DNA of 43,982 bases from Macrostomum lignano (taxonomy: Eukaryota): assembly GCA_002269645.1 (NCBI GenBank), contig NIVC01004501.1, forward strand, positions 1 through 43,982, given 5' to 3'. Positions 12,079-24,478 of the stretch are shown piece after piece. Within the stretch, counting starts at the first letter, position 1, and the number at the start of each line of letters is the position of its first letter. The notes under the pieces are model-generated. The model had not been told where the DNA came from. It was given only the letters and a program-made list of their open reading frames with translations, and did no database searches. Made by a program: the position numbers and the translations under genes.

Positions 12079-13706
12079 ATGGACGCCAGCACAGTTGCTA
12101 AGCAGGATCGGCGAGTTGAGTTTGAAGAAGACGAACCCGAGCCTGGAGTCGGATTCTGCGGCGGAATCCTCATCTTCTTCTCAGTTATTCTGATCATTTG
12201 CAGTTTTCCTATTTCGATCTTTATGTGCATCAAGGTAAATTGCTTTCGAAATTGTTTGGCATGTATGCTTTACTAATGTTCTCTTTAGTAGTTTATTTTC
12301 AACAACTTCAGATTGTGGCGGAATACGAACGGGCGGTGATCTTCCGGTTGGGCCGTATCGTTTCCGGCAGACCAAAGGGCCCAGGCCTGTTCTTCATTAT
12401 TCCCTGCGTGGACACAATGCGCAAGGTGGACCTCAGAACCATCATGTTTGACATCAGGCCTCAAGAGGTGACTACCATTTTCAAATCCAATTACTATCCA
12501 GGGTGATCTAGATCGAAACAAACAACCAACCAACCGACCAATCAACAAACCAAACAACTAACCAACCAACCAACCAACCAACCAACCAACCAACCAACCA
12601 ACCAACCAACAAACCAACCAACAAACCAACCAACCATCCATCCGACCAGATTCTGACCAGAGATTCTGTCACAGTGACGGTAGACGCTGTTGTGTACTAC
12701 AGAATCTTCAGCCCCATCATGTCGGTGAAGAATGTGGCCGACGTGGACTCGTCGACTAGATTCCTGGCTCAGACAACGCTACGAAATGTTCTTGGAACAA
12801 AGAATTTGTCAGACATTCTCTCGGAGAGGGAGGCAGTCAGCCAAGCAATGCTGGTGAGCATTGTTGAATTCTCATACATCAAAACCGTATACTGTATAAT
12901 ACCTGTCACTAATGTTCACTGTTGTCACTAACAACGTAGGCACAACTGGACGAAGCCACTGATCCTTGGGGAGTGAAGGTCGAACGAGTGGAAGTGTGAG
13001 TTGCATCAATTTATCTCTCGGATAGCAAGCTATTTTGCACTATTTTCTAATAAATTTCCTGCAACAAACCACCTTGATTTTTACAGCAAGGATGTCAGGC
13101 TGCCAACCCAGATGCAGCGAGCCATGGCTGCTGAAGCTGAGGCGAATCGCGAGGCCAACGCTAAGGTGAGATTGCCAACTGGAAAAAATCTAAGAGGATT
13201 AAATAAAGCAATAAACTTCTCTCTAATGTAGTAGTAGATAGGTGAGGCAGTGCAATTATTTCTGCAGAATTGCTACAGGTATAAGATGATTGACCATTCG
13301 GTTGTTTTGCAGTTGCTATGCAGTTGTTGTGCAGTTGCTATGCAGTTGCTTGCTACGCGGTTGCTATGTAATTGCAGTGTTGCCTTTTGCAGAACTTTAG
13401 AGCTCGGGTAGAGCCGTTTAAGTTATACACCCGAGCTAAAGTTGAGTTAAAAATAGCTCTTCTTATCTGTTATTACTAACTTTTTCTCCTGTAAACTCCC
13501 AGGTAATCGCTGCCGAAGGCGAGAAAAAGGCCTCTCGTTCGCTCAAAGAGGCCTCCGACATCATGGCGGAATCGCCAGCCGCTCTGCAGCTGCGCTACCT
13601 GCAGACTCTGAACACGATATCAGCGGAGAAGAATTCCACAGTGATCTTCCCGCTGCCAATGGAAATCATGTCGTTCTTTGTGGACAACAAGAAGACGAAG
13701 ATGTAG
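12079..13706 (+). CDS. STOM: Stomatin / band 7 (SPFH) membrane protein, MEC-2/STO-like, 284 aa, intact
   Basis: Exons 12079-12234, 12312-12467, 12650-12853, 12940-12995, 13087-13165, 13503-13706 total 855 nt, in frame with no lesions. Motifs: hydrophobic hairpin [97 protein letters not shown]. Confidence 0.97.
12520..12640. repeat. (CCAA)n microsatellite, stomatin intron 2
   Basis: Direct inspection. Confidence 0.95.
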
Positions 13707-14340
13707 TGGAGAATGAATAGACAAACAACTCTACGCTTTTACATTAGTTTTACATCGGGATAATCTGATTTATCGCCTACTAAAACAAGTTTTTTTGACA
13801 GAAATATTGTAGCATCTCAAATCAGAAGCAAGCAAAGTTTTTATTCAGAATTTTAGCTGCATGTATACTCGCTAATCTTATACCTTATTAGATTTTATAT
13901 TTTTCTATCGCTGTTCCATTAAGCACTGTTCGTTCACTAATTGGTTGTGTCTGTATTCACGGCATGGAGTGAAGAGTGAAGACAGTCTGAAATTGGCTTT
14001 GAAATGTTTCGCATTGCTCTCCTGATTCGTGCAAATGATTGGGAATTTATGAACAATTTACGACGTATTAGTAGATTATGTAACCTTCATGTCAATACGA
14101 TTATTATTGCTGTCACAGACAACGGCAGCAAATTAAATTTTTGGATGTATGTCACTTAAAAGGCTTCAAATTTGCTATCTAACGTAAATTTACCGCATTT
14201 CATACGGCAGTATTGGTGAAAATAATATTTTTTGAAACGCGATAGCTGAAAAATCATGCCTACACAACTTACTTACTATAAGGAAGAAAAATCTTAGTAA
14301 GTAATTGAATGTGGAATGTTACACTAATTTTTACATTTTC

Positions 14341-15240
14341 AGGTGGCACTCTCTGACTTACAGGTGACACTCACTGATTTACAGATGACACTCTCTGATT
14401 TACAGGTGACACTCACTGATTTACAGTTGACACTCACTGATTTACAGTTGACACTCACTGACTTACAGGTGACACTCACTGATTTACAGTTGACACTCTC
14501 TGATTTACAGGTGACACTCACTGATTTACAGATGACACTCACTGACTTACAGGTGACACTCACTGATGCACAGGTGACACTCACTGATGCAAAGGTGACA
14601 CTCACTGATTTACAGGTGACACTCACTGACTTACAGGTGACACTCACTGACCTACAGGTGACACTCTGACTTACAGGTGACACTCACTGACCTACAGGTG
14701 ACACTCTCTGATTTACAGGTGACACTCACTGACCTACAGGTGACACTCTCTGATTTACAGGTGACACTCACTGATTTACAGATGACACTCACTGATTTAC
14801 AGGTGACACTCACTGATTTACAGATGACACTCACTGATTTACAGGTGACACTCACTGACCTACAGGTGACACTCACTGACTTACAGGTGACACTCACTGA
14901 CCTACAGGTGACACTTACTGACTTACAGGTGACACTCACTGACTTACAGGTGACACTCACTGACTTACAGGTGACACTCACTGACTTACAGGTGACACTC
15001 ACTGACCTACAGGTGACACTCACTGACTTACAGGTGACACTCACTGACCTACAGGTGACACTTACTGACTTACAGGTGACACTCACTGACCTACAGGTGA
15101 CACTCACTGACTTACAGGTGACACTCACTGACCTACAGGTGACACTCACTGACTTACAGGTGACACTCACTGACTTACAGGTGACACTCACTGGTTTACA
15201 GGTGAGACTCACTGATTTACAGGTGACACTCACTGGTTTA
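14341..15240. repeat. 21-nt minisatellite (TTACAGGTGACACTCACTGAC), ~43 copies
   Basis: Direct inspection; explains the QVTLTDL / CKSVSVT ORFs. Confidence 0.97.
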
Positions 15241-15702
15241 CTCGTGAAACTACTTTCTAGAAAAGAAATCTAAATCATCCCATAGGCCCAAATGAGGTTA
15301 TGTTAGGCCACATCAAATATGTGTTCTCTTAGACTATCACGTGAGGTTCTCCAAAAATTCCAACCTTAACAACTAAAAGTTGTATTTATTATTAATAGTT
15401 GATATTCAGCAAAGTGTTACAAAGCAAAATATGGAACATCAAATCATTGCTTGATGGTAAATAACTAAAGAATTGGCGTGCAACAAAAATGTAAAAAAAA
15501 TTAACAGCTTTCAGTGGCCACCCAGGATTGCGAGTGGCACAACGCTTGATTTGGTGAACTCGATATTATTAGTGCAGAATCGGCCTAGTCTTCAATATTT
15601 CAAGTTCAGAGAACCATACTTCTCACATCCGGCTTCAAAAGTAAATGACAAGTGACATCGATTCCACTTTAAGTATTTAGTACACAGAATGATCTTGATT
15701 AA

Positions 15703-16293
15703 AACCAATCAACCAACCAACCAAAAAACCAATCAACCAACCAAACAACCACAACTAACCAAATAACCAACCAACCAACCAACCAACCAACCAACCAACC
15801 AACCAACCAACCAACCAACCAACCAACCAACCAACCAACAACCAACCAACCAACCAACCAACCAACCAACCAACCAACCAACCAACCAACCAACCAACCA
15901 ACCAACCAACCAACCAACCAACCAACCAACCAACCAACCAACCAACCAACCAACCAACCAACCAACCAACCAACCAACCAACCAACCAACCAACCAACCA
16001 ACCAACCAACCAACCAACCAACCAACCAACCAACCAACCAACCAACCAACCAACCAACCAACCAACCAACCAACCAACCAACCAACCAACCAACCAACCA
16101 ACCAACCAACCAACCAACCAACCAACCAACCAACCAACCAACCAACCAACCAACCAACCAACCAACCAACCAACCAACCAACCAACCAACCAACCAACCA
16201 ACCAAACCAACCAACCAACCAACCAACCAACCAACCAACCAACCAACCAACCAACCAACCAAACAACCAAGCAACCAACCAAGCAACCAACCA
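15703..16293. repeat. (CCAA)n microsatellite just downstream of the SLC22 stop
   Basis: About 590 nt; explains the LVGW ORFs. Confidence 0.98.
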
Positions 16294-16348
16294 ATCTATC
16301 GTTAGTCTTAATTAAAAAGTCTTCGTTTTCTCCGTCAGCATTGCAGCA

Positions 16349-19300
16349 TCACCGACAAACGCCGCAGTCTCTGATACAGCCTCGACCTCGTCCTTCCAAC
16401 ATCTGCTTCTCCGCCTCGTCCAGCGTGTCCGGGGCCGGACAATTTCGAGTTTCTGGCAGCACAGCCGCCGACAGAAGACATCCGATCAGGCTAACAACGC
16501 CGCATGTGACGAGAGGCAGTTGCGGCCAAAGCTTGCTCAGCAGGGTGAGCTCCGGAGCCAGAACCCGCGCAACTCTGGCCGCCGTGGAGCCGACTCCGAC
16601 GGCGGAGTTCCTCGCCGGAGTGGGGAACACCTCGCTAGCGTAGAGCCAAATCAGTTCAAACGCCAGCAAGAGGCCGAACCGACCGGTCAGGGCGAGGGCG
16701 ATCGCCGCTTCCACAGGAAGCAGCTGGTTGTGACGCAGAGCAGCTGTAAGAAGGAGGGCCGCGCCGCCCACACCCATCGAACCGGCTAGAAGGCGAACCC
16801 GGCCAAGGCGAAGGCCGCAAACGGTGCCCAGGACTCGAGCGGCCACTTCAGCGCAACCGCCAAGCGCCATGGCAACGAACGGCGAACTGCCACCGTTGTT
16901 GCCTCCTGCCACCACGCCGAAGTCGCTCCAGCCGAGCGACAGACCGTAGTAGCCGAAGCTGACCATGGCGAACACCGACCAGACGGCGAAGGCGACCGAG
17001 CGAATAACTTGGCGAGACAGCAGGTGGGCGAGTGGAGCGGTGGCCGCTACGGGCTTCTGGCAAGAGTGCTGGGTGGCTAACTGGGCCGGTGTGTTCCTAA
17101 TGGGTGAAGATTGGGATGGATTTTAATGGGAGTTGAGCTTCCGGTTTGCAGGCAACTTTCGCTGATGCACAGGTTACACTCACTGATACACAGGTGACAC
17201 TCACTGATGCACAGGTTACACTCACTGATGCACAGGTGACACTCACTGATGCACAGGTGATACTCACTGATGCACAGGTGACACTCACTGATGCACAGGT
17301 GACACTCACTGATGCACAGGTGACACTCACTGATTTACAGGTGACACTCACTGATTTACAGGTGACACTCACTGATTTACAGGTGACACTCACTGATTTA
17401 CAGGTGACACTCACTGATTTACAGGTGACACTCACTGATTTACAGGTGACACTCACTGACCTACAGGTGACACACTGACTTACAGGTGACACTCACTGAC
17501 TTACAGGTGACACTCACTGATTCCCGGTTGGCCCTCTTTGTCCTATTATTGATGGCTTCTTTTTGCCTCTATCTTACAGGTGAAGATTCTCACTAGTACA
17601 GTATGGGACAACTACTAGTAACTGTTGATGTCCACATGTAGCAGGCGTTGTCAGACATCTGTGCCCAGAAAATAACTAATTAAACGTATCAAAGCTCTGT
17701 CTAAAGTATCCTTACTTGTCTCGCAGCTGGTGCGGATGCAGACTCTGCAAGCTCTGCAGACCGTTCTCCTGCAAAACTGACAAGTTCTTGCTATCTCGAC
17801 GGGTTTCGCTGGTGCAGTCCGTGTCTTCTCCTTCCGATGACTGCTGACCTGACGGCTTTCGTTGTTTTCTTGTTTGTTGCTGGTGTTGCAATTGTTGATG
17901 CTGTTGTTGTTGTTGTTGTTTTATCCTCTGATGCGACTCACGAATGTACAGATGCATCGCATTCCGACGCTCGCGATCAGCCAACAGACTGTCCAGGCGA
18001 TTCGTTCGTCCGTTTACAGCCGCCATTTTATGCAGCGCTGCTGTTGCGTCGCAGGCTCGACCGACCTGCGGTGCGATGGGCGGTGAATTGAGAGGCGGGG
18101 ACTTAACGACCTAGTTTTTGGACCTAAGTGGGTCTTGAAACTGTGCCACTTATATGACTAGGCATAAGTCTTTCGTATCCTTACGACCTTCGTAATCTAT
18201 AAAGCGCAGGTTTGCTCTTACGCTTGATCGTAATTTTGGGACTACGAGTAACATGGAGTCTCTGCTCGTGCAATTAACGGCCTTGGAGAGCCAACCCACC
18301 AAGGCGCAATGAAGTGTACATGCCTAACGATTAATCAAGTTAGGGCCGCTGTACACTCCTGTGTGAGTGTGTGCCTATGTGTATGACTGCGTACGCATCC
18401 GCGCGCTTGTGTGCCTGCTCAGGGGAGTCGGCGGAATTGGCAGCAATGCCTCTCGCCGGTTGTGCGACAATGTCGCTCAAGTGCGCTAGGGTGCACACAG
18501 CCTTCTGGCAAAAAAGTGGCAGGTTCCTTTAGGCTTGTAGGAATATTTTTCGGGATTGCAGAAAGGTTTTGAGATCCCAGTATTCGAATATCTTAGTGAA
18601 TGTGGAAGTGACCAATAACTTAATGCATGTAAAATTTGAAAAGATTCCCGTTTTTCTTTCAAGAGTAAAATATCTGACCCTGGAAATGGGAAAGTTCATC
18701 CTTCGGTTTATTGAAGGAATGCAATACCGAGTTTTGAACCATTGTGGTGTTCCCTTGCATTCGAGTTGTTCCAATGTGCACCGGAAACTAATGAAATACT
18801 AGTCACTGTAAAGTACAGTCAGAACGACTCCCGATTGGCTAAAGGTCAAACCTGCATGAGCCAGCGAGGCGACTCAACCACGTAGAAGTGGGCGAGCAGC
18901 AGCAGCAGGGCCGGAGCCGAGATGACCAGCTCGAGGTATCGCCAGTGCTGAGTTACGTAGGCTGCGCCGGTTAGCAGAAAAATTCCTGCACTCCAGCCCT
19001 GCAAGTAGTTTATAGGGCGTTTGTAGGTAATTGCGGAGAAGCTCGAAACTGCACTGTTACACGTGGATGTGCAAAATGTCTTCGTGTACAGTAGGTAGGT
19101 GACGTTTTTACGGAGACAATCAGACTGGGTTTACAAAGACATCAGACTGGGTTTACACAGACATCAGACTGGGTTTACACAGTCATCAGTCTGGGTTCAC
19201 GCAGTCATCAGACTGGATTCACACAGTCATCAGTCTGGGTTCACACAGTCATCAGTCTGGGTTCACACACTCATCAGTCTGGGTTCACACAGTCATCAGT

Positions 19301-20976
19301 CTGGGTTCACACAGTCATCACACTGGGTTCACACAGTCATCAGTCTGGGTTCACACAGTCTTCAGGCTGAGTTCACACAGTCATTAGACTGGGTTCATAC
19401 AGACATCAGACTGGGTTCATACAGACATCAAACTGGGTTCATACAGACATCAGACTGGGTTTACACAGACATCAGACTGGGTTTACACAGACATCAGACT
19501 GGGTTTACACAGACATCAGACTAGGTTCACACAGACATCAGACTGGGTTCACACAGACATCAGACTGGGTTTACACAGACATCAGACTGGGTTCACACAG
19601 TCTTCAGGCTGAGTTCACACAGTCATTAGACTGGGTTCATACAGACATCAAACTGGGTTCATACAGACATCAGACTGGGTTTACACAGACATCAGACTGG
19701 GTTTACACAGACATCAGACTGGGTTTACACAGACATCAGACTAGGTTCACACAGACATCAGACTGGGTTCACACAGACATCAGACTGGGTTTACACAGAC
19801 ATCAGACTGGGTTCACACAGTCTTCAGGCTGAGTTCACACAGTCATTAGACTGGGTTCATACAGACATCAAACTGGGTTCATACAGACATCAGACTGGGT
19901 TTACACAGACATCAGACTGGGTTTACACAGACATCAGACTGGGTTTACACAGACATCAGACTAGGTTCACACAGACATCAGACTGGGTTCACACAGACAT
20001 CAGACTGGGTTTACACAGACATCAGACTGGGTTTACACAGACATCAGACTGGGTTCACTGCTTGCCCTGTCGACTTTCGCTTTTATTTGCGCCAGTGACC
20101 GAAGCCAAGTTAATAACTGGCAGGAAAAATTTCCTCTCTCACCTGCTTCATCAGCATAGTAAAGAGGAACCTGTGCCTGCTGTGCTGCATCTCAGTGTGC
20201 CAGGCGAAGCACACAGTCAGCAGACCGGAGGCCGCGAAGCCGGTCACGAAGCGGAACACTGCGTAGGCGGCCACCTCCTTGACGAAGGCCGCGATGACGC
20301 CGCCGACAGCTAGATTGACGCAGGCCAACAGGTAGGCGTTGCGCCGGCCCCACCGATCCGACAAAATCCCATAGCTTGTGCTGCCAAATAGGAAGCCGAG
20401 CATAAACATCACCTTGACAACCGTTGCTATGGGTTCCCAGCCACAGACAAGACCGAACGATTCCGTCACAGTTTTAGACATCGGGTCGGAGCTGTTGAAG
20501 AGAAAGCGCTGGCAAGGTATTCCGGCTGCAGAAGGAACGCTGCCGTTCTGAGTCGCCTCTGGCGCCGATGTCGGACCGGGAATCTGACAGCTGCTCAAGT
20601 TTGACACCGAGGCCCAGTCGATTGAAGCTGCAGCTGAGGAATTATTCGAGCCGAAACCGGTGGCGCAGACGAACGGGCGTCTCAGCATGGTGAAATTCAC
20701 CGAGTGAATCTGCATCGACGGAAACGCGACAGCCAGCGCGATTGTGACCATGAAGGCGGCCTGGTACTTGTGTCGCCGGCCCACCACATTCATGTACTCG
20801 TCAAATGTCGGCTCCAAGCTGCCGCCCGACATCAAAGACTCCATCGAGCCGGCTGTCCGCTTCAACTGGTGCTGCTCAACTTTATCTAAGTCGTTTCCTT
20901 CTTCATCATCATCCTCGTCCGCTCCATCTAGCTGGTCTTTGATCTCGCCGACAGCTTGTTTTACAGGCTCCTGCAT
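16349..20976 (-). CDS. SLC22-family (MFS) organic cation/solute transporter, 692 aa, intact
   Basis: Exons 20976-20143, 18998-18852, 18065-17716, 17096-16349 total 2079 nt, in frame. Cys-containing first extracellular loop (CQRFLF...[10 protein letters not shown]), motif [37 protein letters not shown]...DTLDEAE are typical of SLC22. Confidence 0.95.
17157..17521. repeat. Second array of the same 21-nt minisatellite, SLC22 intron 3
   Basis: Same unit and orientation as 14341-15240, including the GATGCACAGG variant. Confidence 0.95.
18255..18502 (+). mobile_element. Same SINE family, copy in SLC22 intron 2
   Basis: Near-collinear with 5570-5790 and the reverse complement of 9612-9890. Confidence 0.8.
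19120..20058. repeat. 22-nt minisatellite (ACAGACATCAGACTGGGTTTAC) with higher-order structure, SLC22 intron 1
   Basis: The variant unit TCTTCAGGCTGAG recurs at 19359, 19601 and 19821. Confidence 0.95.
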
Positions 20977-21116
20977 GATGTAGAATGAATGGAAAACGAC
21001 GGTAAATTTCCTTGCAAGTTGGAAACTTCAATTAGTTAGCTAGTTGTACATTTATGATGGTATTGGGAAAGCACAGCTGTGCAGGCTAGGGATGCAAAGT
21101 TCCATTAGGCTAATGC

Positions 21117-21125
21117 CTCTCTCTC

Positions 21126-21181
<56 letters not shown>

Positions 21182-21188
21182 CCTCTCT
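21117..21188. repeat. (CT)n microsatellite
   Basis: Direct inspection. Confidence 0.95.
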
Positions 21189-22310
21189 CGTGAGGCTGCT
21201 ATATCAGTTTTTTGTACAGCAAAGCCGTGCTTTGCCACGCTCTATCCCTCTCCTCTCTTTCTCTTTCTCTCTCTCTGCCGCCGTCCCACTCAAGCTATAG
21301 GAAGGGAGAAGCACAGTGTTCACGCAGAAAATCACCGGTGGAAGTGTATGCTGCAGACATTGCGTTCCTCCTCTCTCCAGCCCTCTCCTCTACCCCACTC
21401 CTCTGCTCCTATTCAACTGTGCGCAGTCCACACACAGAAAGGCTGAATGCTGATTAAAGTAGCCAAGAAAGAAGCACTTTGCTAGCTTCTTCAAGTAGCT
21501 CGTAGCTTTTACAATGTGCGTGCACTCGTTGTGGAAAATTTGCATCTAAGAAACCTAGTGAAAACCAGTGTTGGAAGGCTGCGAAATTGAAAAGTTTCCT
21601 AGTTTACTAATATTGCTGTGAAAAGTTGAAAAGTTGCCTTGCACTTGTGTAGTGATTGCTGCACTGTTGCACAGTTAGATTTTAATTAAAGTTTCTGTAA
21701 GAAAGAGATGAGGCTAGAGGATATCTGATTAAGAACCTGATGATCGGACATAAAATTGCTAATATCAGGTGGCCCAGGTTGCTATAACCTCAGGGCAGAG
21801 CACGCTGCGACGCCAGGATGGCGTTGGCGTTGCGCCAGGATGACCACAGCCTTCCTGCGAATTATGATTTAGCCTACTATCAACGTTTTTTGTTGCTCCT
21901 TCCCGAGTTCTTGAAGAGGTTCCTAGAAATAGAACTCGCTGCTCCGGAAGTATTCTAGCTAGATAGTACCGTTGTACTACCTATCGATTTGCCTGAAAAA
22001 GAACCTAAAACGTTAGCCTTAGACTTGGTAGGGTTGCTGCAATCTTGGTGTGCGGACTCGACGCGTCGGCAGAGTTGTCTATCCGTCACCTGAAATAAAA
22101 TAACGAAGTCGCTCGGAGCAAGGCAGATCTGAAAAATGTCTCGACAGTTGATCGTTCCTAAAATTGCTGCTCGAACCTGAAAACCTGAAAATCCTGAAAT
22201 GAGAGAGAAGAGCTCGGAGGCAGAGAGGCAGCTCCGGTCGAGCCCAGGCAGGACGACGCGACACTCCGCGCTGCTCCGCGATCTGGAGAAAATGGTTCAC
22301 AGATGCTCTG

Positions 22311-22690
22311 TATTTATAGCCGAGCGAACTCCCAAAAGTCACGTGATTTTCATGCGTTGAGCGCGTGAAACTTCCTTATTTGGTCCTTAGAATCATGCGA
22401 GCGATGCGTGATCCAAGGCCAACTTCCAAATAAGGTAACCCTGTCACGCAGCAGTGGCGTGATTCAAGGTCAGCGGCCACGCATAACATGCGTGCACAGT
22501 CACGTGCTTATTCTGTGCTAAAAATAGAACTTGGGCGGATGAGTCATCCTGTTAACTCCATCTAGGCAGCCATTACACTTCGCGCGCGCGAGAGGGCAGG
22601 TGATGAGTCATCCTGCTCAGCCTCAGCGCGGGTGGGGAAGATATTGTGTGTGGCTGCCCACGCCTGCTCGGGCGATGAGTCATCGGGCAG
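22311..22690 (-). promoter_or_regulatory. TATA promoter with dense cis-regulatory module (2 CArG with overlapping ETS, MEF2, 3 AP-1, 2 E-box, 2 NR5A/ERR-type sites, GC box)
   Basis: TATAAATA on the minus strand at 22318-22311. TCACGTGA 22339-22346. CCTTATTTGG 22374-22383 and CCAAATAAGG 22426-22435, each preceded by AACTT so that ACTTCC overlaps. CCAAGGCCA 22413-22421, TCAAGGTCA 22464-22472, CACGTG 22501-22506, CTAAAAATAG 22518-22527, GGGCGG 22533-22538. GATGAGTCATC at 22538, 22602 and 22674. Confidence 0.7.
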
Positions 22691-24478
22691 TAAACACTTA
22701 GGCCCAGCACAGGGTAACTCTCTCTCTAGATCAGGTGGATTGAGCTGCTGTGCAGCGGATCACAGAGCCCGTAGAGATAGCTAGTGAATGCTGCTGAATA
22801 GCCAGTTAGCAGCCAGTCACTACAGTTTCAGTGAAGTTTCAACACTGCTTTTGCAACTTTCACCATAGACTATGGTAACAAGCTTATTGTTACTCTGATT
22901 TAACCATAGAAGCATTGCTTAGCAATTTGACGATCATTATTCACATTTTTTATTCAGACTACAGCATAACAATGCAAAGAATCAGCGGTCCCAGTGCGTG
23001 ACGACGATTGTCTGGCGAGCGCCAATATTTATCCATTGTTATGCATCATGGCTTTAACCTCTCACACTGAAGCCAGAAAAAGTACGTTCTTGCCGGCGTA
23101 TTCAGCGAGGATGGCCATCGACTACGAGTATCGCTGCCATTGTTAGAACTCTCATCAGTTAGAACTTATTCATTACCCAATAAATCTGAGATGAGTAAGC
23201 GCGATCTACGTTCTTAAGTGGTTTATTTTAGAGGTGTAAAATAAGCATGGTGATCGCTATGGCGCTTCTACGTTGGAGGATTGTTTTCAGTATGCAGCAA
23301 TGCTACGATCGGTCAACCAAGTCGGAAAGCCATGTGGAGCCTCTGGAAAAACGTAGAATTCAATGAGAGCCGACGTGCGCTGGATGCTTCAATGAAGCTG
23401 AGTACCCGTGATTGAAAGGGTAGTGGATCGCGTCGCGCAGGACTTGCTCCATCTGGCATCAAATACGCTCGTAGACGCTCTGGACTGAAAGTGTGCTTGG
23501 TAGTGATAGTCCACGACAACTGATGAGTTCCAATTGATTTGTGTAAACGTCTGTTCAACACCTGTTAGCTATTCTACAACTTTATAACCTGTTGCTTCTA
23601 TCTGTTGAGTATACTTTCAAGCGGTTTATTCGTTTGTCCCAAAGGGGTGTAGAGATTAATTCTACTTGAAATTATAGTACATTAAAAGTGTACTCGTTGT
23701 TCTGAATTGTTCAGTACAGTACCCACGGTGCGCAATCGACAGATTCTTGATAGATAGCTCGTAGCGCCTATGTCTGGTGGTACATGATTCTTCTGCTTCA
23801 ACGTCCAGTAAAACTGCAGCCAGTAAAGCCACCGATTCGGCTATTGAAACATCAACAATACATAAGCACCGCCGTCGAGACTGGAAACTGTCAGATGGGA
23901 CCAGTGACAAGACGTTGCAGACATTAGCAAACAAAATGATTCTTTGACATGTTTTGACATAGCCGCTTTAAGGCTATATTCGCTCACGAAAAGCAGCCAC
24001 GGCTTTATTCTTGTCAAATATATTAAACAGTCAGTCGCAGCTAAAGGCAGCTAAGACGATTAAATTAATGCATTCAGCTCAGTAGAATGAATTCGCAAAC
24101 GAAACGAAATAGCTGCAAAAAGACTGCTTTTAGGCTGATAGCTGATGGCGTGTGAATGTGTTAAGCTAGCTGCAGTATCTCAAATATTCCAAATCTAACG
24201 CAAAAATTAGCTTCATAAAGATGGCTCCGAGCTAAAATTTCTCTTCGAAAGGAAAAGCTTTGATAAAGCAGCTACCCAAAACAATAAAAGCTCTTGAATC
24301 CCTACTAAGTGTTTTGGTTGAATTGAAAATTGATTGCAAGGAAAAATTATTTCATTGATCAACGGTTGCCTAGTAGCTAGTGCATGGAAATTTCTCGATG
24401 CATCGAGTTGTCGATAAATAGCTCAGTAAAAGAAGCATAGTATAGAAGCTGCTAGATGCATATCGGCTTGAGACAGAC

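Noticed and set aside
14339-16294. QVTLTDL, CKSVSVT and LVGW repeat ORFs, which look like leucine-zipper, antifreeze or membrane proteins
   Set aside because: Pure mini/microsatellite translations; the same unit recurs inside an SLC22 intron.
21700-21960. Possible pre-miRNA hairpins downstream of the TATA promoter
   Set aside because: Stems are only ~7-8 bp with poor extension, and no known mature miRNA was recognised.
23270-23520. F-box-like fragment (LRSVNQVGKP...SLWKNVEF) across a frameshift
   Set aside because: Similarity rests on a few residues in different frames with multiple stops.
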